Part shown: one piece after another, positions 60,500 to 64,000 of the stretch
Numbering within the stretch: position 1 is the first letter of the stretch
Layout of the letters: every line of letters begins with the position of its first letter
Assembly (NCBI GenBank): GCA_016927315.1
Contig: JAFGMV010000064.1
Location: 9,373 to 73,372, forward strand
DNA from: Anaerolineales bacterium
GTDB taxonomy: Bacteria; Chloroflexota; Anaerolineae; Anaerolineales; Villigracilaceae
DNA: 64,000 bases
Direction of reading: 5' to 3'
Translations under genes and position numbers: made by a program
The notes under the pieces: generated by a model
Told to the model about the DNA's origin: nothing
What the model saw: the letters and a program-made list of their open reading frames with translations, nothing else
The model's database searches: none

Positions 60500-61138
60500 T
60501 CACCAGGCTGGTCGGTTCTGATCAGGCAGCCCCAGTTTGATACGCGCTTGCCGGACGATTGTCTCGGCCCTTTCACGGAATGCGTCGGGTTGATCTGTCA
60601 GTGCTAGCCATTCCTGCGCCGAGTTTTGTGCTTCAATGATCCAGGTGTATTCGCCCGGATAAGCCAGCACCCTTTTTAATAACCGCACGGCGCTCCTTTG
60701 TTTCCCCAGCATACCGGCCGCGATGCCTGCATCGAACAGCGCCCAGAAATCCTTCATCCACCTGCGATCCAACCTCCGAGAAGCTTTTTCCAGGGTATTG
60801 AATTCATCTCTGTATGCCTGCACTCGTTTTGTCGCTATACTGATCATTCTTTCCACGGCATTGGTGAACTGCGCATCATCCAGGTACGTTGCAAACTCGC
60901 TTTCCCGGTACCCGTAATCAAAACTGAGATAGTCTTTCACATGCCATAGCCAATGGACGCCGACATTGAGATAGGTTCCTCTTCTGCGTGGATCGGGCTG
61001 GAACTCAATAATGGTCAGCCACCAAAATCGATCATCGAACCAGGTGCGTGAATTCCCCTTCTGGATGATCCCCAGCGGCATAAATTTCTGCCTGGCAAGC
61101 TGGTTGATGATCCGGCTGTGGAATTCTTGTTTGGCCAT
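60500..61138 (-). CDS. Hypothetical protein (tentatively DUF4304-like N-terminal half)
   Basis: 212 aa ORF with ordinary composition. The pattern GNSRTWFDDRFWWLTIIEFQ...YLNVGVHWLW resembles DUF4304 from memory only. Confidence 0.6.
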   Translation of the reverse strand: MAKQEFHSRIINQLARQKFMPLGIIQKGNSRTWFDDRFWWLTIIEFQPDPRRRGTYLNVGVHWLWHVKDYLSFDYGYRESEFATYLDDAQFTNAVERMISIATKRVQAYRDEFNTLEKASRRLDRRWMKDFWALFDAGIAAGMLGKQRSAVRLLKRVLAYPGEYTWIIEAQNSAQEWLALTDQPDAFRERAETIVRQARIKLGLPDQNRPAW

Positions 61139-61210
61139 ATGCTGATTTTTCTGCCGCTTTCGCTGTCTGACGGCCGGTCTTCCTGGCGCTGGTGGCTGTG
61201 TTTTATCTGT

Positions 61211-61543
61211 CTATCCATCCACCCTTTTGCCCAGCCAGAACTTTTTCCAGTCTCCCTGGCTGGTATTCAAAGCGATGAATGAGTACAGGCTGGCAGTGAA
61301 GAAACCCAATACCATCATCAGGACCACCCAGACCAGTGAGCGGAAGAAATTCTTCTCACGGTATACGATCCAGGCCGAGAACAGGACAAAGCCCGTATAC
61401 AGGTCGACCAGCGAGACGATGCCCCATGGGTTTTGAAGCAGTTTCGAACCATCCTGTCCAAAATCACCGGCGCTAAAACCATATATCAAGACTGCGGTCA
61501 TGGCCAGGATCCCAAGCGCAGAGATCTGTTTCGCTATTTTCAT
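61211..61543 (-). CDS. Small membrane protein (DUF1475-like)
   Basis: 110 aa with 3-4 hydrophobic segments. Family assignment is from memory only. Confidence 0.6.
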   Translation of the reverse strand: MKIAKQISALGILAMTAVLIYGFSAGDFGQDGSKLLQNPWGIVSLVDLYTGFVLFSAWIVYREKNFFRSLVWVVLMMVLGFFTASLYSFIALNTSQGDWKKFWLGKRVDG

Positions 61544-61553
61544 GATTGCACTC

Positions 61554-61895
61554 CTACAGGATCAGGATAATTCCAAAGACCAGCTCAGAGACCAGGCTGA
61601 TGATATTGGAAGAAACGGCTGATTTATCGATCAGCATGGAAATTCCTCTGGCGATGGCCATGACCAGATAGGTGGCGCCCAGAACCAGGTAGGTTTCAGG
61701 TGTGTTGAAATAGAGTACCGCCGCACCCAGGCCGACAAAGAGCGCGCCCAGGATGGTCCGGATTTCAGTAGTTCCCCGCCCGCCGCTCACTTCCAGGCCG
61801 GTGAAGCCAAGCACCTGCTTCGGCCAGAAAAGCGAGATCACACCTACCAGGATGGTTGCTGCCGCAGCAATGTATTTCAGTATTTGTAAGACCAT
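61554..61895 (-). CDS. Small membrane protein (DUF4345-like)
   Basis: 113 aa with 4 hydrophobic segments. The motif GGRGTTEIRTILGALFVGLG is present. Confidence 0.6.
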   Translation of the reverse strand: MVLQILKYIAAAATILVGVISLFWPKQVLGFTGLEVSGGRGTTEIRTILGALFVGLGAAVLYFNTPETYLVLGATYLVMAIARGISMLIDKSAVSSNIISLVSELVFGIILIL

Positions 61896-61985
61896 AAAGT
61901 GCTCCCTTATATTTTATCTGTAGGTCGGGCTTGTCTGTGTTAGTGCACATACCAGTGCAGCCCTGCCGACTCTTTTGCAAGAGGT

Positions 61986-62867
61986 CTATTTGCGTTTTGA
62001 AGGTGGCCAGGGGATCAAGACCGGGGTTCCAGCCTTATAGGCCTGGTAGTCTTCTTGCCCGCCCCATTTTTCATCGGCGCGAGCCTCCAACATCGGGATG
62101 CCGCTGATGCGGGTCAGCAGCAGGGTGATAAAGACCGGGGAGATCAATGTCAGCCACTGCCAGCCGCTCAGGACGGGGAAAGCGATGATTGCGACGCCAA
62201 TCCACAGGAGGATCTCACCAAAGTAATTCGGATGACGGGACCAGGACCACAGGCCGACGTTGATGAACTTGCCCTTGTTTTCCTCCTGCGCATTGAAGCG
62301 GCTCTTCTGCGAGTCGGCTGCTGCTTCGATCCCGATTCCAGACAGCCACACCAGAAACCCAACCAGGGCGAAGCCTCCCAATGGGACCCTGGCCTCGGTT
62401 GTGATCGCGGCCAGGGCAGCCGCCAGTGAGAAGCTGACCCACAACCCCTGCAGGGTCCAGGTCAGCAGGAACCTGGGGAAGGAGGTCTTGATGTCCCGGA
62501 AGCGACGGTCTTCACCCTCTGCCCGGATGCGCATGAACAGGAAGGAGGACAAGCGCACCGCCCATATCGATATGATCCCCGCCAGCAGCCACGAACGCCC
62601 ATCGTTAACCGGGGAGAGCCCTACTGCCACAATCGTGACTGTGATAAAAGTAATGCCCCCGGTCAGATCGAAATATCTCTCCGTTTTCCAGAGGTAGGAT
62701 GGAATAAACACAATCCATTGGATGATAAAAGCCAGGAGGATGACCAGGGCGAACAGGGGCATCCCAAATGCGAAGCGACCTCCCTGGCTGCCTGCCAGGG
62801 CAAGCCCGGCGGCTGTTACCAGTACGATCGGGATCGCAATGATGGCTCGTTTTTCTTCTGCTTTCAT
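61986..62867 (-). CDS. DUF1295 / steroid 5-alpha-reductase-like membrane protein
   Basis: The motif WSWSRHPNYFGEILLWIGV is present and the protein is polytopic. It is trimmed to the ATG at 62867 (MKAEEKRAI) because the track start overlaps the DegV gene. Confidence 0.8.
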   Translation of the reverse strand: MKAEEKRAIIAIPIVLVTAAGLALAGSQGGRFAFGMPLFALVILLAFIIQWIVFIPSYLWKTERYFDLTGGITFITVTIVAVGLSPVNDGRSWLLAGIISIWAVRLSSFLFMRIRAEGEDRRFRDIKTSFPRFLLTWTLQGLWVSFSLAAALAAITTEARVPLGGFALVGFLVWLSGIGIEAAADSQKSRFNAQEENKGKFINVGLWSWSRHPNYFGEILLWIGVAIIAFPVLSGWQWLTLISPVFITLLLTRISGIPMLEARADEKWGGQEDYQAYKAGTPVLIPWPPSKRK

Positions 62868-62904
62868 TCTCTGTATCCTTTCATGGGCGGCGGGCGCCTT
62901 TTCT

Positions 62905-63753
62905 TCAGGCGATTGGATTCTTCGAGACCACTGCATACCCAACCGCGCCCGGACCAATATGTACCCCAATCACCGGGGTAATATCCATTGAGTACATCTC
63001 TCCTTTGGGGATCAGGTGAGCGACCTTCTCCAAAAAGGCTTTGGCTTCTTTGGTTGCATGGGTATGTACCAGGGCGAAGCGCTCAAGCGGGTGGAACCCT
63101 TCAAGGATCTGGATCAGGCGTTCTTCCGCCCTGGTAGTTGTCCGCACCTGTTCAGAAGCTGGTTGTCCATGCTTCATGGTGAGGATCGGCTTCAACTGCA
63201 GCAGGCTGCCGATCCCGGCCACAAAGGCATTCATCCGGCCGCTGCGGCGCAGGTATTCCAATGTTTGCAGGCCGGCTGCCACGAAGGTGCGCGGCATCAG
63301 TTCATCCAGTGCAGCCAGGATCTCTTCCATCGATCTACCTTCATTTGCCATCCGGGCCGCCAGCTCCACCTGGAAACCTGTTCCCAGGCTGAGTTGGTGT
63401 GAATCACGCACCGTAACCGGGATAGTTTCTATTTCGCTGGCAGCAGCATAGGCGACATCGATGGTCGAACTCAAACTCTTGGAGATGTGGATCGACAGGA
63501 TTTCAGTCGCCCCCCTGGAAGCCAGAGTTTGATAGGCCAGGGTGAAAGACGTGATCCCGGGCAGGCTGGTGGTCGGATGGACCTCGTAATTCGGCAGGTT
63601 GGTGTAGAAATCCTGGCGGGTGATCTCGACTCCGTCCAGATACCCTTTATCAAAAAGGTTGATATAGAGTGGGATGACCGTGATTCCCAGTTTCTGAATG
63701 ACTTCTTCGGGCAGGTCGCAGGTTGAGTCGGTTACGATTTTGATCGACATCAA
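62905..63753 (-). CDS. DegV family fatty-acid-binding protein
   Basis: MSIKIVTDSTCDLPEEVIQKLGITVIPLYI is the canonical DegV N-terminus. 282 aa. Confidence 0.92.
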   Translation of the reverse strand: MMSIKIVTDSTCDLPEEVIQKLGITVIPLYINLFDKGYLDGVEITRQDFYTNLPNYEVHPTTSLPGITSFTLAYQTLASRGATEILSIHISKSLSSTIDVAYAAASEIETIPVTVRDSHQLSLGTGFQVELAARMANEGRSMEEILAALDELMPRTFVAAGLQTLEYLRRSGRMNAFVAGIGSLLQLKPILTMKHGQPASEQVRTTTRAEERLIQILEGFHPLERFALVHTHATKEAKAFLEKVAHLIPKGEMYSMDITPVIGVHIGPGAVGYAVVSKNPIA

Positions 63754-63968
63754 CTTTTCCCCTTCCGCAGGATCTTTTTAAGAGCGGGGACTGTGATCAC
63801 TGCCAGGGCCAGCAGGGCTGCTGTGACCCAGGCTGTGTTTGTAACTGGTGCTGTCCCGGCCTGGCTGACGGCAATGCCTGCAAATGCCCAAATCAATACC
63901 AGCACGTAAGGGATATTGTTCTCCCGCCACTGCATGAGCAGCCCGAGCAGCGTCGCCACGACCAGCAT
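63750..63968 (-). CDS. Small membrane protein (may extend beyond the right window edge)
   Basis: 72 aa with two hydrophobic helices. The frame stays open upstream of the ATG as far as position 64000, so the true start may be outside the window. Its stop overlaps the DegV start. Confidence 0.4.
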   Translation of the reverse strand: MLVVATLLGLLMQWRENNIPYVLVLIWAFAGIAVSQAGTAPVTNTAWVTAALLALAVITVPALKKILRKGKS

Positions 63969-64000
63969 GATTACTGCCCAGGCTTCCGGAAGGAGACCCC

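Noticed and set aside
60052-61211. Shared motif TGTGTTT(T)ATCTGTC at 60052-60065 and 61197-61211, upstream of two minus-strand genes
   Set aside because: There are only two copies of ~14 nt at different distances from the starts (12 versus 58 nt). One copy overlaps a stop codon, and the orientation relative to the genes is opposite to that of the mutS2/sulfotransferase repeat. It is plausibly chance.
1-64000. CRISPR arrays, rRNA genes, IS elements/transposases, integrases, prophage genes
   Set aside because: I scanned the intergenic regions and the ORF translations. I found no regularly spaced repeats, no transposase, integrase or phage-like proteins, and no terminal inverted repeats flanking any gene block.

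Overview
This is a 64 kb, mostly housekeeping bacterial chromosomal segment with about 60 confident protein genes, one tRNA and no CRISPR array, rRNA or intact mobile element. I could not find a convincing novel multi-gene system such as a defence island.

Gene content, left to right:
- mutS2 (runs off the left edge), then a sulfotransferase, TfoX, a frameshifted nitroreductase and a PAP2 phosphatase.
- A DEAD-box RNA helicase with a ~0.5 kb leader.
- A minus-strand run: aminotransferase, sugar nucleotidyltransferase, O-methyltransferase, NUDIX, pcrA, mscL.
- A peptide-type ABC importer (2 ATPases, SBP, 2 permeases), followed by two extra giant family-5 SBP lipoproteins.
- A REC-Roadblock response regulator, tRNA-Gln(UUG), glmU, a CorC-type protein, cdd, a GNAT and recO.
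- A ~4 kb patch of gene decay: two response-regulator remnants, a LamG/RHS-like remnant, an intact FAD reductase and a methyltransferase.
- Fused glyQS, a TPR/repeat/thioredoxin membrane protein, a decayed four-helix-bundle gene, dnaG and rpoD.
- A complete 14-gene nuoA-N operon.
- A PAS-GGDEF cyclase, then small membrane, methyltransferase and DegV genes.

Most noteworthy observations:
- (a) A ~38 bp direct repeat exactly brackets the sulfotransferase gene. Each copy sits 10-12 nt upstream of a start codon.
- (b) A four-copy alternating-orientation 9-11 nt element lies in the helicase upstream region.
- (c) A decayed island interrupts the cdd-recO-glyQS-dnaG-rpoD synteny.
- (d) Three unusual protein architectures: REC-Roadblock, TPR-(SVSPF..PDFL)x3-TM-TlpA, and a fused GlyQS with a repeated linker.
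- (e) The nuo control region carries palindromes and a Rex-like half-site.

The taxon cannot be determined without a database search. All calls come from reading the sequence and the ORF track only.
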